DNA from: Blastocatellia bacterium
Lineage (GTDB): Bacteria; Acidobacteriota; Blastocatellia; UBA7656
Direction: 5' to 3'
Length of the DNA stretch: 64,000 nt
NCBI GenBank assembly: GCA_963765495.1
Contig: CAVXWP010000007.1
Coordinates: 32,001-96,000 of the forward strand
Both the position numbers and the translations under genes were made by a program. The number at the start of each line of letters is the position of its first letter. The first letter of the stretch is position 1. The notes under the pieces were generated by a model. That model was given only the letters and a program-made list of their open reading frames with translations. It was not told the DNA's origin and ran no database searches. This document shows positions 29,306-38,766 of this stretch, piece after piece.

Positions 29306-31007
29306 TTTCGTAACCTCCGGCATCCAGCCTCAGATCGTCTGTCGCGGGCGCAGTTTGAAGAGCGGGGATCAGTATCGTAAACCGGCTTCCTTTTCCGGGC
29401 GTGCTCTCAACGAGTATCTGCCCGTCATGTGCTTCGGTAATGTGTTTGACCAGAGCGAGCCCAAGCCCCGTACCCTTGGTGTTGTGAACGAGCCCGGCGC
29501 TGACGCGATAAAACTTTTCGAATACTTTGCCCTGTTCCGAGCGCGGTATGCCTATGCCACGGTCGGCCACTTCTATGGCGACCCGGTCCCCGCGCCCGCG
29601 CACCCGAACCGTGATATGTTTGTTCTCTTCCGAATACTTGATGGAGTTGTTGAGCAGATTGAGTACGGCCTGCGATATGGCGTCGCGGTCTATCAGGGCA
29701 AGCGGCACATCGGGCTCTATATCGGTCACAAGCTCGAAGCCCGCGCTTGCGATCTGGTATTCATAACTTCTGATCACATCTTCAACAACCTCGGCCACGC
29801 TTGCCTGAACAAACTCATACTCTTTGCGGCCCGCTTCGATCTTGGCGAAATCCAGAATGTTATTTATGAGTTGAGTGAGACGGCGGCTCTCGTTGTTTAT
29901 GATTCGGTAGTACTCCTGCGCCTTTTCCGGGTTTCTCACTCGCCCAAGCTCAAGCGTTTCGGCAAACAACCGGATGAGAGCGAGCGGTGTCTTGAGTTCG
30001 TGCGAGACGTTTGAGACGAAAGTTGACTTGGCCTGAGCCAGCTTGACCTCGCGGGCCGTCGCCCTGAGCGTCAATATCATCCCTGCGAGCAACAGCAGCA
30101 ACACAGAGAACGTAAGCATCAGGCTCTTTTGAAAATTGTCTTTTGCCAGCGCCTCGATAGTCGTGTCTTTGTATCCGATTGCGAGATACCACTTTGGGAA
30201 GAGCGGGCCGAACCCCATCTTTACTTCATATTCTTTGGCCCCGTCCTTAGTCGCATAGAACTCGTGCCAGTCCTCATACATTATCCCCATTATCAGGTCG
30301 GTATCGTTGCCCTCGGTTTCGGAGTTGCGCAGCATATCGGGGATGATCTCGGGGAAGAATTGAGCCCTCAGGTATTCCTGATTCAGGATCAACCCGGCAA
30401 ATCCCACCGGCTCTTTCTTTGCGGGGTCGAAGAGAGGTGTGAAGATATAGACATCCGAGAAATGCTTTTCCACTCCCTCACAGATCGTAGGGGTCTGCCA
30501 GAATAGAAGCTCCGGTTTTGTCCCCATGGAATTGGAAGAGAGATGCGCGCTTTCATAAGCCTTCATCGCGCCCGTGACGCCGGGGTTTTCTTTGAATTGA
30601 GCGCGCTCGATTCTGCGCGTGCCTTCGGGGGTCGAAAAGATCGCAAACCCCTTCTTGCACGGGCAGTCGATTATCGCAAAGAGTTGCCCGATTTCAGGAT
30701 GAGACTTTCTGAGAGCATCGAGTCTGGTGCTGGCTTCCTCGGGGCATATCCCTTCAATCGTTCTGGGCTCGATTGAGTATAACGAGTCTTTGGCGATGAT
30801 CTTCATATTGCCCGCCACTTTGCGCACTACGCTGTACATCGTCTGGCGGAGATTTTCCTGTATGGCCACCTTGGTCTTGTCTTCGAGATCGACAAGAGAT
30901 CGGTACTGAAAGACCGAAAGTATCGTGGTAGGCAAAAGCACTGCCACGATGGCGAGCATGATGAGTTTCGCTCCCGATGAAAATCTTGGTATTCGCCGTC
31001 TACTCAT
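29283..31007 (-). CDS. Membrane sensor histidine kinase (HisKA/HATPase)
   Basis: Two TM segments, [34 protein letters not shown]. Confidence 0.95.
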   Translation of the reverse strand: MSRRRIPRFSSGAKLIMLAIVAVLLPTTILSVFQYRSLVDLEDKTKVAIQENLRQTMYSVVRKVAGNMKIIAKDSLYSIEPRTIEGICPEEASTRLDALRKSHPEIGQLFAIIDCPCKKGFAIFSTPEGTRRIERAQFKENPGVTGAMKAYESAHLSSNSMGTKPELLFWQTPTICEGVEKHFSDVYIFTPLFDPAKKEPVGFAGLILNQEYLRAQFFPEIIPDMLRNSETEGNDTDLIMGIMYEDWHEFYATKDGAKEYEVKMGFGPLFPKWYLAIGYKDTTIEALAKDNFQKSLMLTFSVLLLLLAGMILTLRATAREVKLAQAKSTFVSNVSHELKTPLALIRLFAETLELGRVRNPEKAQEYYRIINNESRRLTQLINNILDFAKIEAGRKEYEFVQASVAEVVEDVIRSYEYQIASAGFELVTDIEPDVPLALIDRDAISQAVLNLLNNSIKYSEENKHITVRVRGRGDRVAIEVADRGIGIPRSEQGKVFEKFYRVSAGLVHNTKGTGLGLALVKHITEAHDGQILVESTPGKGSRFTILIPALQTAPATDDLRLDAGGYEIAESANN

Positions 31008-31066
31008 TCAATTTACCAGTATACACCCGGATACGACCGGGTATAACAGGTAAGTCCGGCCCGTAT

Positions 31067-31081
31067 GTAAAAAGTTGTAAA
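31067..31081. promoter_or_regulatory. GTAAA-N5-GTAAA direct repeat, candidate OmpR/CpxR-type box
   Basis: GTAAA AAGTT GTAAA about 60 nt upstream of the kinase/regulator operon. Confidence 0.5.
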
Positions 31082-31088
31082 CATTAAG

Positions 31089-31194
31089 AGTGATGAGTGA
31101 AGCGTGATGCGTGATTCGCAAATTTTGCGCATGCCTGCAAACGGGGAAACGGCTTTTTTAGGTCACGCATCACGCTTCGTGCACCACGTTTCAC
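31089..31194. repeat. GTGATGC-family palindrome
   Basis: GTGATGAGTGAAGCGTGATGCGTGA...TCACGCATCACGCTTCGTGCACCACGTTTCAC. Confidence 0.78.
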
Positions 31195-31620
31195 CCTCGG
31201 ATACATCTTTTTACATCAGAGAGACAGCTATTGCGAAGACTACGTTCTCACTGCAAACACCAGTACTTTCACGCGGTTGCAGCCGCCTGTCGGGACGTTA
31301 CACATCGGCCAAGTACGGCCCCACACGGGATAACCCGGTCACAAAAATGTCACAGCGAGATCACGAAGATGCGTAGAATAAAGTCAAGGACGATATTATC
31401 GCGCGTCTGAGCAGAAAGATTTCTGTCCCTCAGAGATTCCTTGATTAGCTGTAAGCGTTCAATGTGTCGAGCACGAGGCGGGCGGCTTCAAATCGAGCCT
31501 GTTTGTCTGGGGTAGATCAATATTTCGATTCTGATCTGTGCTGTGCTAGGATTTGCCCGATGAGCACTCACGCGAAAGGCAAACAAATAATGCAATCCTC
31601 GTAAATTGGAAATGCAAATC

Positions 31621-33087
31621 ATGTCAAAATACTTTTCATTCAACATCTTGTCTTTGATTGTCTTCTTAGCCCAGGTTGCTTCAGCACAGGCTATCGCTCC
31701 CCATCAATCCGTTGTCACCGTCAAGGAAAACCGGATGATCGTGCTTACTGATATAGAGGCCGATCCAGATGACACGCAAACACTCATTCGGTGCTTACTT
31801 TATTCAAACGTTATTGAAATTCAGGGGCTGATCGCCACCACCTCGGTTCACCAAAAAACCTTCGTCGCACCAGAGTCTATTCGCAAAGTGATTCAAGCCT
31901 ACGGCAAGGTTCAAAGTAATCTCGTGAAACACGACGCAAACTATCCCCAGGCCAAAGCCTTGCTATCGCTTGTAAAACAAGGCTTGCCCATTTATGGCAT
32001 GAAAGGCGTGGGCGAAGGAAAAGACTCTGAGGGGTCAGACTGGATCATCAAAGTCCTGGAGCAGAATGATAAGCGTCCACTCTGGGTATCGGTATGGGGC
32101 GGGTCAAACGCGTTGGCTCAGGCGCTCCACAAAATCAGGGATACCCGAAGCGAAGAGGATGCGAAACGATTGTTCGCGAAGCTTAGGGTCTATACTATTT
32201 CAGACCAGGACGACAGCGGTATTTGGATCAGGAAAAACTTTCCTGATTTGTTCTATATAGTAAGTCCCGGCGGCTATGGTGCGGCAACCTGGACAGGCAT
32301 CAACCAGGTGGTGACAGGAATTGACAATTCGACCATCAGCAACAAATGGATTGCTGACAACATCCAGCAGGGGCATGGCCCCTTGGGTTCCCTGTATCCA
32401 GACGTAGCCTATGGCCTTGAAGGCGACACGCCATCTTGGCTGTCGTTGATCCCGAACGGCCTGAATGCCCCGGAACATCCAGACTGGGGTGGCTGGGGCG
32501 GACGCTATGAGCTATATCGCCCCGAGTTGTCGGCGATGGATCCGCAAGGTTTCACCGGCGGCGTGCCGGTCGAGCCGGAGCCGCGTGCGATTTGGACCAA
32601 TGCGATAGATGAATACGCTCCACCTGTGTCCGGCGAATATGGCCGCGCTACTCACAACGGCCAGAAATCCTTTAAGGACTATCGGGTGACGCTCTGGCGC
32701 TGGAGGGATGATTTTCAGAACGATTTCGCCGCGCGAATGGACTGGACCATCAAGCCCTATGAGGAGGCCAATCATCCGCCAATCGTGGTCCTCAACCATT
32801 CTGAAACCATCACGGTGAGGGCCGGTGAATATCTTCAACTGGATGCTCGTGATACAACGGATCCAGACGGCGATAGTCTCAGCTTCTACTGGTTCCAGTA
32901 TCCCGAGGCCGGGACCTATAGAGGACCGATCTCGTTTTTCGGAGCCGAGAACCTGGCTCGAATCGGTTTGGTCTTTCCTAAGGCTGAGAAAAAGGAAACA
33001 GCGCACATCATCCTAAGAGTCACAGACAAAGGAAGTCCGGCACTTTCGAGGTACAGACGGGTGATCGTTACGATACTTCCCGAATGA
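31621..33087 (+). CDS. DUF1593 nucleoside-hydrolase-like protein with C-terminal Ig/REJ-like domain, secreted
   Basis: RMIVLTDIEADPDDTQTLIR.LLYSN, VWGGSN.LAQAL, ISDQDD, EGDTPS, GGWGGRY, FQNDFAARMDW, DPDGDSL. Confidence 0.88.
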   Translation: MSKYFSFNILSLIVFLAQVASAQAIAPHQSVVTVKENRMIVLTDIEADPDDTQTLIRCLLYSNVIEIQGLIATTSVHQKTFVAPESIRKVIQAYGKVQSNLVKHDANYPQAKALLSLVKQGLPIYGMKGVGEGKDSEGSDWIIKVLEQNDKRPLWVSVWGGSNALAQALHKIRDTRSEEDAKRLFAKLRVYTISDQDDSGIWIRKNFPDLFYIVSPGGYGAATWTGINQVVTGIDNSTISNKWIADNIQQGHGPLGSLYPDVAYGLEGDTPSWLSLIPNGLNAPEHPDWGGWGGRYELYRPELSAMDPQGFTGGVPVEPEPRAIWTNAIDEYAPPVSGEYGRATHNGQKSFKDYRVTLWRWRDDFQNDFAARMDWTIKPYEEANHPPIVVLNHSETITVRAGEYLQLDARDTTDPDGDSLSFYWFQYPEAGTYRGPISFFGAENLARIGLVFPKAEKKETAHIILRVTDKGSPALSRYRRVIVTILPE

Positions 33088-33099
33088 TGAGTTAGTACC

Positions 33100-33167
33100 G
33101 TCAAACAATCTCGTGAACCGGAGCGCGCGAAGCGAGTTTCTTCTCATTTCACAAGTGCCGTTCGAGC
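33100..33167 (+). other. Truncated integron attC-like site
   Basis: GTCAAAC (one mismatch to RYYYAAC)-5 nt-CGTGAAC-CGGAGCGCGCGAAGCG...TGCCGTTCGAGC just after the stop codon; right end missing. Confidence 0.45.
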
Positions 33168-33483
33168 ATTGTAAAGATGAGAAAACAAATAGCCGGGCCG
33201 AACATGCCTCAACACATCAGGCCCGGCTCAAGTGTGCTACCACGGCACAATGTAAATTCCAGCCACGGACGCAGACCCTTGCGTGATATACATTTAGGCT
33301 CGCTCACTCTCCCAGCAATTCCTGTTATGGATAAATCCTGGGCTCACTCAATTTGGCAAGTGGTTTGCTACTGTCAATTGCTTATCAAACCGATTGTACT
33401 TAAAATCAGAACTCCTGGGGGAAGCTAATTCTGGCTCAGGTGGCTTCAGTTACCCAGACAAAAGCCTTTAGGAGAACGTAAAC

Positions 33484-34629
33484 TTGAAACCGTACCTTGC
33501 GATAATCATATTTTACCTGCTTGTCACATCTGCGTTTGCGCAGGAAGGAACTCCGCGTTTCGAGGCGGGCGTGCATTCTACGCCTGTCACATTTGATCAT
33601 TCGGACGTATCGAGTAGCTCCACAGCACCGCGCGTGATCATCTCGTCGGACTTTCCACCTCTGGACGTTATCCCTGTAAAAGCATGCAAGAAAGGCGATC
33701 CGCCCGAGAAATGCAGCGACCCGGATGATGTGCAGTCGATGGTGCGATTTCTGCTTTACACAAATGAGTTCGACGTCGAGGGTCTGCTGGCTTCGTCAGG
33801 CACCTTTGCCAACGTGGCAAATAAAAAGAACATTCTGGACATGCTGGACCTCTACGACAAGGTGGATGAGAACCTGAGGCGGCATGATGGTCGCTACCCA
33901 ACCGCTGACAGTTTGCGTTCCGTCACCTGGGAGGGGCGCTCAGGCACGTGGGGCACGCCCAGCTTTGGCGTACCCGCTAAGACGCTCGACCAGCTTCTCG
34001 GCGACGGCAAGGATAGCGAGGCTTCAAACGCGATTATCGGCATCGTGGACCGGCCAGACCCACGGCCGGTTTGGATTTGCGTCTGGGGCGGTTCGCGCGA
34101 GGTGGCGCAAGCCATCTGGAAAGTGAGAACAACGCGCAGCCCTGCCGAACTGGAACGCTTTCTTGGCAAGCTGCGCATCTACTTAATCGCAAAACAGGAC
34201 ACTACGACGCAGTGGCTACTGGATTCCTTCCCGAAACTTTTCATCATCCTCTCGGAGAAGAATTACATGGGAATGTTTTGGAGCATGCCCGGCGGCGATA
34301 CGAAGGTCGCTGACCTGGCGTGGGTCAACGTCAACATTCGCAAGGGACACGGACCTTTAGGCCAGGCTTACCCGCAAAGCGGCTGGGATCCAAAGGTTCC
34401 GGGCGTGTGGGAAGGAGACACGCCGTCGTTCTTGCACCTGGTCAGCGCGATTCGCGGGCTGAACGATCCTGAAAAGCCCGACCAGGGGGGATGGGGCGGA
34501 AAATTCGTGCGCCCCGACTCTTCCAGGAATCATTGGTTTGATGATCCGGCTGGCACGCAAACCGTTTCCCGCTTTCGCCCTCAAGTCCAAGCGGAATTCG
34601 CCCTTCGGGCGGACTGGATGCTGCCGTGA
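33484..34629 (+). CDS. Second DUF1593 nucleoside-hydrolase-like protein, secreted, without the C-terminal domain
   Basis: SDPDDVQSMVRFLLYTNEFDVEGL, VWGGSREVAQA, EGDTPSFL, GGWGGKF, RADWM; TTG start after AGGAG. Confidence 0.86.
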   Translation: MKPYLAIIIFYLLVTSAFAQEGTPRFEAGVHSTPVTFDHSDVSSSSTAPRVIISSDFPPLDVIPVKACKKGDPPEKCSDPDDVQSMVRFLLYTNEFDVEGLLASSGTFANVANKKNILDMLDLYDKVDENLRRHDGRYPTADSLRSVTWEGRSGTWGTPSFGVPAKTLDQLLGDGKDSEASNAIIGIVDRPDPRPVWICVWGGSREVAQAIWKVRTTRSPAELERFLGKLRIYLIAKQDTTTQWLLDSFPKLFIILSEKNYMGMFWSMPGGDTKVADLAWVNVNIRKGHGPLGQAYPQSGWDPKVPGVWEGDTPSFLHLVSAIRGLNDPEKPDQGGWGGKFVRPDSSRNHWFDDPAGTQTVSRFRPQVQAEFALRADWMLP

Positions 34630-34678
34630 GGAGTACCCTGGTACGAGCGGAAAATCCAATAATTACGATCATAGACAC

Positions 34679-34776
34679 AGCCTGGCTGCTCATTCCAGCG
34701 GACGCGCATTCAAGCTATTCGTTATTCCCAATGTGAAGCGGGGCGCTCGCATCGCCCCGGCTGATTCACCTGCTTG
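34679..34776 (+). other. Degenerate attC-like site
   Basis: GCCTGGC-TGCTC-ATTCCAGCGGACGCGC...CGCCCCGGCTGATT-CACCT-GCTTGC; CAGC and GCTG arms pair. Confidence 0.3.
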
Positions 34777-35227
34777 CTTTCCCTTATGTATCCTCTGTGG
34801 CAGTCTGCTCTTCACTGCCAGTCAAATGTTTCTCCATTACCTCACGCTACACGCACCCGACCGATGAGAGCAAACGGCGGGCAATCGCGGCGTTGAGCGG
34901 CCAGGCGAGGAAATCTGGTCACAAAAACGTCACAATCGATATTTCGCCCCGCACGAGCAAAGTGGGGTAATAGTGTGATTTGAACAAATAAAGGTTGGTG
35001 GGACCGAGTAGGATACATCTTTTTACATGATTTAACATTCCTGTGAGGACTCTTTACACCTAAACGATTATCATAGCCCCAGATGCACTAACTGAAGAGG
35101 AATGGAAAGAAGCTCCCGTTCTTCTAGAGTGATTCGATACTGATCGTCGCATCAGCGAGCGGTCAACCGACGCGACGATCAGTAATTTGTAAAATCCGTG
35201 CGCATCTCTCGCAAAGGAGCAGTGAAA

Positions 35228-36007
35228 ATGTTGGCAGAGACGAGTATACGGACATTGATTGTGGATCAGGAAAGCACCGCGCGCGCGCAGATTCGAAACC
35301 TTCTGAGGGGCGACCCTGAGATGGAGATCATCGGAGACTGCACGAGCGGAAACGACGCGGTAAAAGCTGTGCGCGAACATTCGCCCGATCTGGTCTTTCT
35401 GGATGTGATGATGCCGGAAAGAGATGGTTTTGAAGTGATGGAAGCCTTCGATGATGAGACAAGGCCCGCCTTCATTTTCGTGACGGCTTGCGATCAATAC
35501 GCGGTGCGGGCGTTTGAATTGAGCGCCCTCGATTATCTATTGAAACCCTTCGAGCGCCCACGCTTCGACAGGGCCGTCGAAAGGGCAAAGACACAGATAC
35601 TTTACAGGCGAACGGCCGCGCTCAACCGGCAGATATTATCTGCTCTGGAAGGAATAAAAAGCGAAGGCTCGCATCTTGAACGCCTGGTCATAAAATCGAA
35701 CGGACGAATCTTTTTCATAAAGGTGGAAGAGATTGACTGGATCGAGGCCGAAGGCAATTATGTGCGACTGCACGCGGGCAAACAGAGCTACCTGCTGCGC
35801 GACACTCTGAGCTCGCTCGAAGCCCAGCTTGACCAGAACTGTTTCGCGCGCGTTCATCGTTCGGCGATTGTCAATATAGATCGCATACAGGAATTGCAGC
35901 CGTGGTTTCACGGAGAGTATCGCGTGCTCCTTCAAGACGGCGTCGAACTCACGCTTACGCGAACCTACAGAGACAGGCTGAATGAACACCTGGGATTGAA
36001 TATGTAG
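35228..36007 (+). CDS. LytTR family response regulator
   Basis: LVFLDVMMP, FVTACDQYAVRAFELSALDYLLKPF, IDWIEAEGNYV, FARVHRSAIVN. Confidence 0.95.
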   Translation: MLAETSIRTLIVDQESTARAQIRNLLRGDPEMEIIGDCTSGNDAVKAVREHSPDLVFLDVMMPERDGFEVMEAFDDETRPAFIFVTACDQYAVRAFELSALDYLLKPFERPRFDRAVERAKTQILYRRTAALNRQILSALEGIKSEGSHLERLVIKSNGRIFFIKVEEIDWIEAEGNYVRLHAGKQSYLLRDTLSSLEAQLDQNCFARVHRSAIVNIDRIQELQPWFHGEYRVLLQDGVELTLTRTYRDRLNEHLGLNM

Positions 36008-36245
36008 CCCTTCCGAAAGGTGGACATTATGAAGAACAAACTTATGAAGCGGGTTGCTGTTTATGCGCTTGTCGCGCTGATAATCGTAGTGCTTCAGACG
36101 GTTTCGATGATTGCTCAGTGGCGGGTGGAATCAATCTGGCACCCCTCGATTCGTCAAACGGTTTATTTTGAGAGCCTGGATCGAATTACAATATGGCAGG
36201 GCTACGAATAAATGCCGATACACGGTGAGCTTGATTGATATAAGA

Positions 36246-36890
36246 CTAAAAGAAGCGGTAATGGCCTATGATCTGCCAGGAAAAAAGTTCGTCTTCCACC
36301 CTTGCGCCCGCGCCTATGTTATGAACTATTTTGTACCGCCCGTCGCCTGCGCCCGGCACGTTTGTGACGATGCCTATATGCAGGAGACCGTTTCCCAGAT
36401 TCCAGGCTACGACATCTCCGGGCCGATAATCCCGCGCTTCATCCGTGATCGCGAGCGCCTTTCCCTTTCGCTTGAAATAGGTCATGAGATTTGCAACACG
36501 GCGATGGTCTATATTCGGGTCGGGGTGGGAAAGCCCCCATCGGTTGGGATAAGAGGCGAAATCGCGCGCCATATCTTCGTGGACTTCCTTTTGTAAATCC
36601 ACGCCTGCTTTTCGAAAGGCCCGAATCACGACATCTGAGCATACGCCTCTGTCGAGCGGAACATCGCCGCCCGGATAATCGAGCTTTACATAAGAAGGGT
36701 CATAGCTGAAGGTATAGCCGGTCTGATCTATCGCGGCCTCAACCATCTTTCTGAGAACGGGCGATTCGATCCGGGTCCGCGCCTGAGCCGCTACCGATTC
36801 GGAATAGGCCCGACGCCCGCAGCCGGACGAAAGAGCGGTCAGGCTTGCGAGCAGAAGAGAGCCAATGATTGCCGCGCGTCTGGGATTCAT
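36246..36890 (-). CDS. DUF1287 (YijF-like) lipoprotein
   Basis: SSGC lipobox; YDPSYVKLDYPGGDVP..RGVCSDVVIRA, DPNIDHRRVANL, HIGIV, HNIGAG. Confidence 0.9.
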   Translation of the reverse strand: MNPRRAAIIGSLLLASLTALSSGCGRRAYSESVAAQARTRIESPVLRKMVEAAIDQTGYTFSYDPSYVKLDYPGGDVPLDRGVCSDVVIRAFRKAGVDLQKEVHEDMARDFASYPNRWGLSHPDPNIDHRRVANLMTYFKRKGKALAITDEARDYRPGDVVAWNLGNGLLHIGIVTNVPGAGDGRYKIVHNIGAGARVEDELFSWQIIGHYRFF

Positions 36891-37348
36891 TCGAGTACTC
36901 TTACGGGCTGCCCGATTGACAGATGTCCTGTTTGAATTATCCTGGCCGACAGACGCGATTCGCCCGGGTGGAGCTTTTGCGAGATGCGGTCAAAATAGCC
37001 GTCTATGAATGACTCCGCGATGGTGCCGCAAGGCGCGGCGTACCCGCTGATTTCTATCACCACCTCTTTGCCCAGGGCGAGCCGGTTGCCCGGTTCGAGC
37101 CTGCTCCAATCCAATCCCCGGATGGTTACGTTCTCGCCGGTCGAGCCCGGATAGATGGGATGTCCCGCCTCTTGCAGCCGCATTATGCACTCAAGCGAGT
37201 AGAGGCACAGCGCCCTGTCCGGCCCGCCGTGAGTCTTGCGCAGTTGCCGGTCGTCGACCAGGCCGGTTGGAGTGAGAAGGGCTTCGCGGGATGCAATCTT
37301 TGGGACCCCGCCCGGCGAGCTGTTTAGTTGAAAAATATATCCGTTCAT
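36887..37348 (-). CDS. MOSC domain protein (YiiM-like)
   Basis: GGVPK, HGGPDRALCLYS, GSTGENVT, PCGTI. Confidence 0.9.
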   Translation of the reverse strand: MNGYIFQLNSSPGGVPKIASREALLTPTGLVDDRQLRKTHGGPDRALCLYSLECIMRLQEAGHPIYPGSTGENVTIRGLDWSRLEPGNRLALGKEVVIEISGYAAPCGTIAESFIDGYFDRISQKLHPGESRLSARIIQTGHLSIGQPVRVLE

Positions 37349-37407
37349 AACAAGATCGCTGGTTCAGCCGAAAGGCGAATTGTTTATACCTCGTCGGATT
37401 GGAGAGC

Positions 37408-37437
37408 AAAAAAGAGCGGGCCATTCCCCGCTCTTCT
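37408..37437 (-). terminator. Intrinsic terminator of the 37443-38534 gene
   Basis: AAGAGCGGG...CCCGCTCTT stem followed by a T run on the minus strand. Confidence 0.65.
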
Positions 37438-37442
37438 CCTTG

Positions 37443-38534
37443 TTATCTCAGGGCAATAAGCTGGTTTATGCGGTTTCGCATGGCCGAAACATAGATAGTT
37501 GTTTCCGAGGCTGAAAATCCGCCCGCGCGAAACGCATCGCTCAGTTGCTTATCCGACAGTCGCCCAAGAAGCTGACCCATCCATCGAGCGTTTTCAACCG
37601 TGATGCCTTCGAGCACTTCCGGGCTTTTGCCCTTATAGTGAAAATGGACTACGCCGTTGCTCACCCCGTCTATGAATGCCTGATCGGCATACCCTTCGGG
37701 GTCTCCCTTTGTCCCGGCCGGAGCGCTGCCAAAGAACGGGAGCTTGTTGAAAAAAGACCCGGTAGAGCCGAGTGTCCCGCCAAGGTCTGCCACATAATAG
37801 ACGCGCTTCATACGGTCGCCGCCGCTCTCTTTGTTGGGGCGCACGATCTTGTTATTCGGCTCTTTGAGGTCCCAGTTGTTGAGCAGAACCATCAAGACCT
37901 TCAGACCCTGAAGCTCGCGTGTTTGCGTGAAGGGATTTGCCTCCCATTTCCAGAGACCGATCTCTTTGTATCCGTCATCACGCGACTCGAACCTCACGTC
38001 CCAAACGTCAAAGCCGCCACGGCCTTCGATGTGAGTCTTGCTCACAAAGTAATCCTGATCTACGTGATAGCCCACGGCCCAGGCGATGCGGGTAGCGGCG
38101 GTCTCAGGTTTTGTTTCCGGGCCGAACTTCACGGTCCAGCTTCGCCCCTTATCATCATCCACGATTATTTTTTCGGATGTGCCAGAGGTTGAGCGGCGTT
38201 TGAAAGTGAATTTGCCCGAAGGGTCGGGCGCGCCTTCGCTGCCGCCCAGCCCGTAAAAAAGATCCCGGCTTTCAAGGTCTGCAGGCTCGGTCCACAAGAC
38301 CGGGGTCCCTATATTTGGATTGTCTACATCCTTATTTTCGTCCTTGTCTTTTTTATCTTTTTTATCTTTCTTGTCTTTCTTGTCTTTCTTATCTTTCTTG
38401 TCCTTGTCTTTCTTTTTTTCGTTCTTGTCCGTATCCTGAGCGCGAGCGATTACACTCACATAGCCGAGCGATGACGGACCGGCCAGCAAGCCTAACATCA
38501 GTAACGCGCAGATAACTTTTATTCTAAATGACAT
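37443..38534 (-). CDS. Secreted protein with a (KKD)n tract and kinase-like motifs
   Basis: Signal peptide, (DKK)n, WTVKFG, PETAA, NNWDLKEPNN, VADLG. Confidence 0.7.
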   Translation of the reverse strand: MSFRIKVICALLMLGLLAGPSSLGYVSVIARAQDTDKNEKKKDKDKKDKKDKKDKKDKKDKKDKDENKDVDNPNIGTPVLWTEPADLESRDLFYGLGGSEGAPDPSGKFTFKRRSTSGTSEKIIVDDDKGRSWTVKFGPETKPETAATRIAWAVGYHVDQDYFVSKTHIEGRGGFDVWDVRFESRDDGYKEIGLWKWEANPFTQTRELQGLKVLMVLLNNWDLKEPNNKIVRPNKESGGDRMKRVYYVADLGGTLGSTGSFFNKLPFFGSAPAGTKGDPEGYADQAFIDGVSNGVVHFHYKGKSPEVLEGITVENARWMGQLLGRLSDKQLSDAFRAGGFSASETTIYVSAMRNRINQLIALR

Positions 38535-38695
38535 GGTTTTCCACCCTCCTACCTTATCTGAGCCAGCCTGCTCATTATACGCATTGTGCCGCGCGCTAGA
38601 AAAGAGCTATATCGCCGCCTTCGGCTCCGCAGGCGTATTTTTTCCGGCCAGAGAGTTCGGGTGAGGTTTTGCGTTTTTTCTTTCGAAGGAAAAGA

Positions 38696-38766
38696 AAAAG
38701 GACAGGCCCTGCGCCTGTCCTTTGAAAAGGCAGTCGAAGCGATTCTCACAGTCGAAGCGATTCTCA
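38696..38766 (-). terminator. Terminator hairpin plus an exact 18-bp tandem duplication
   Basis: AAAGGACAGGC-CCT-GCGCCTGTCCTTT; CAGTCGAAGCGATTCTCA twice at 38731-38766. Confidence 0.6.

Noticed and set aside
38731-38766. Exact 18-bp tandem duplication as an att site or target-site duplication
   Set aside because: The copies are adjacent with nothing between them, and no integrase is nearby, so local slippage is more likely.
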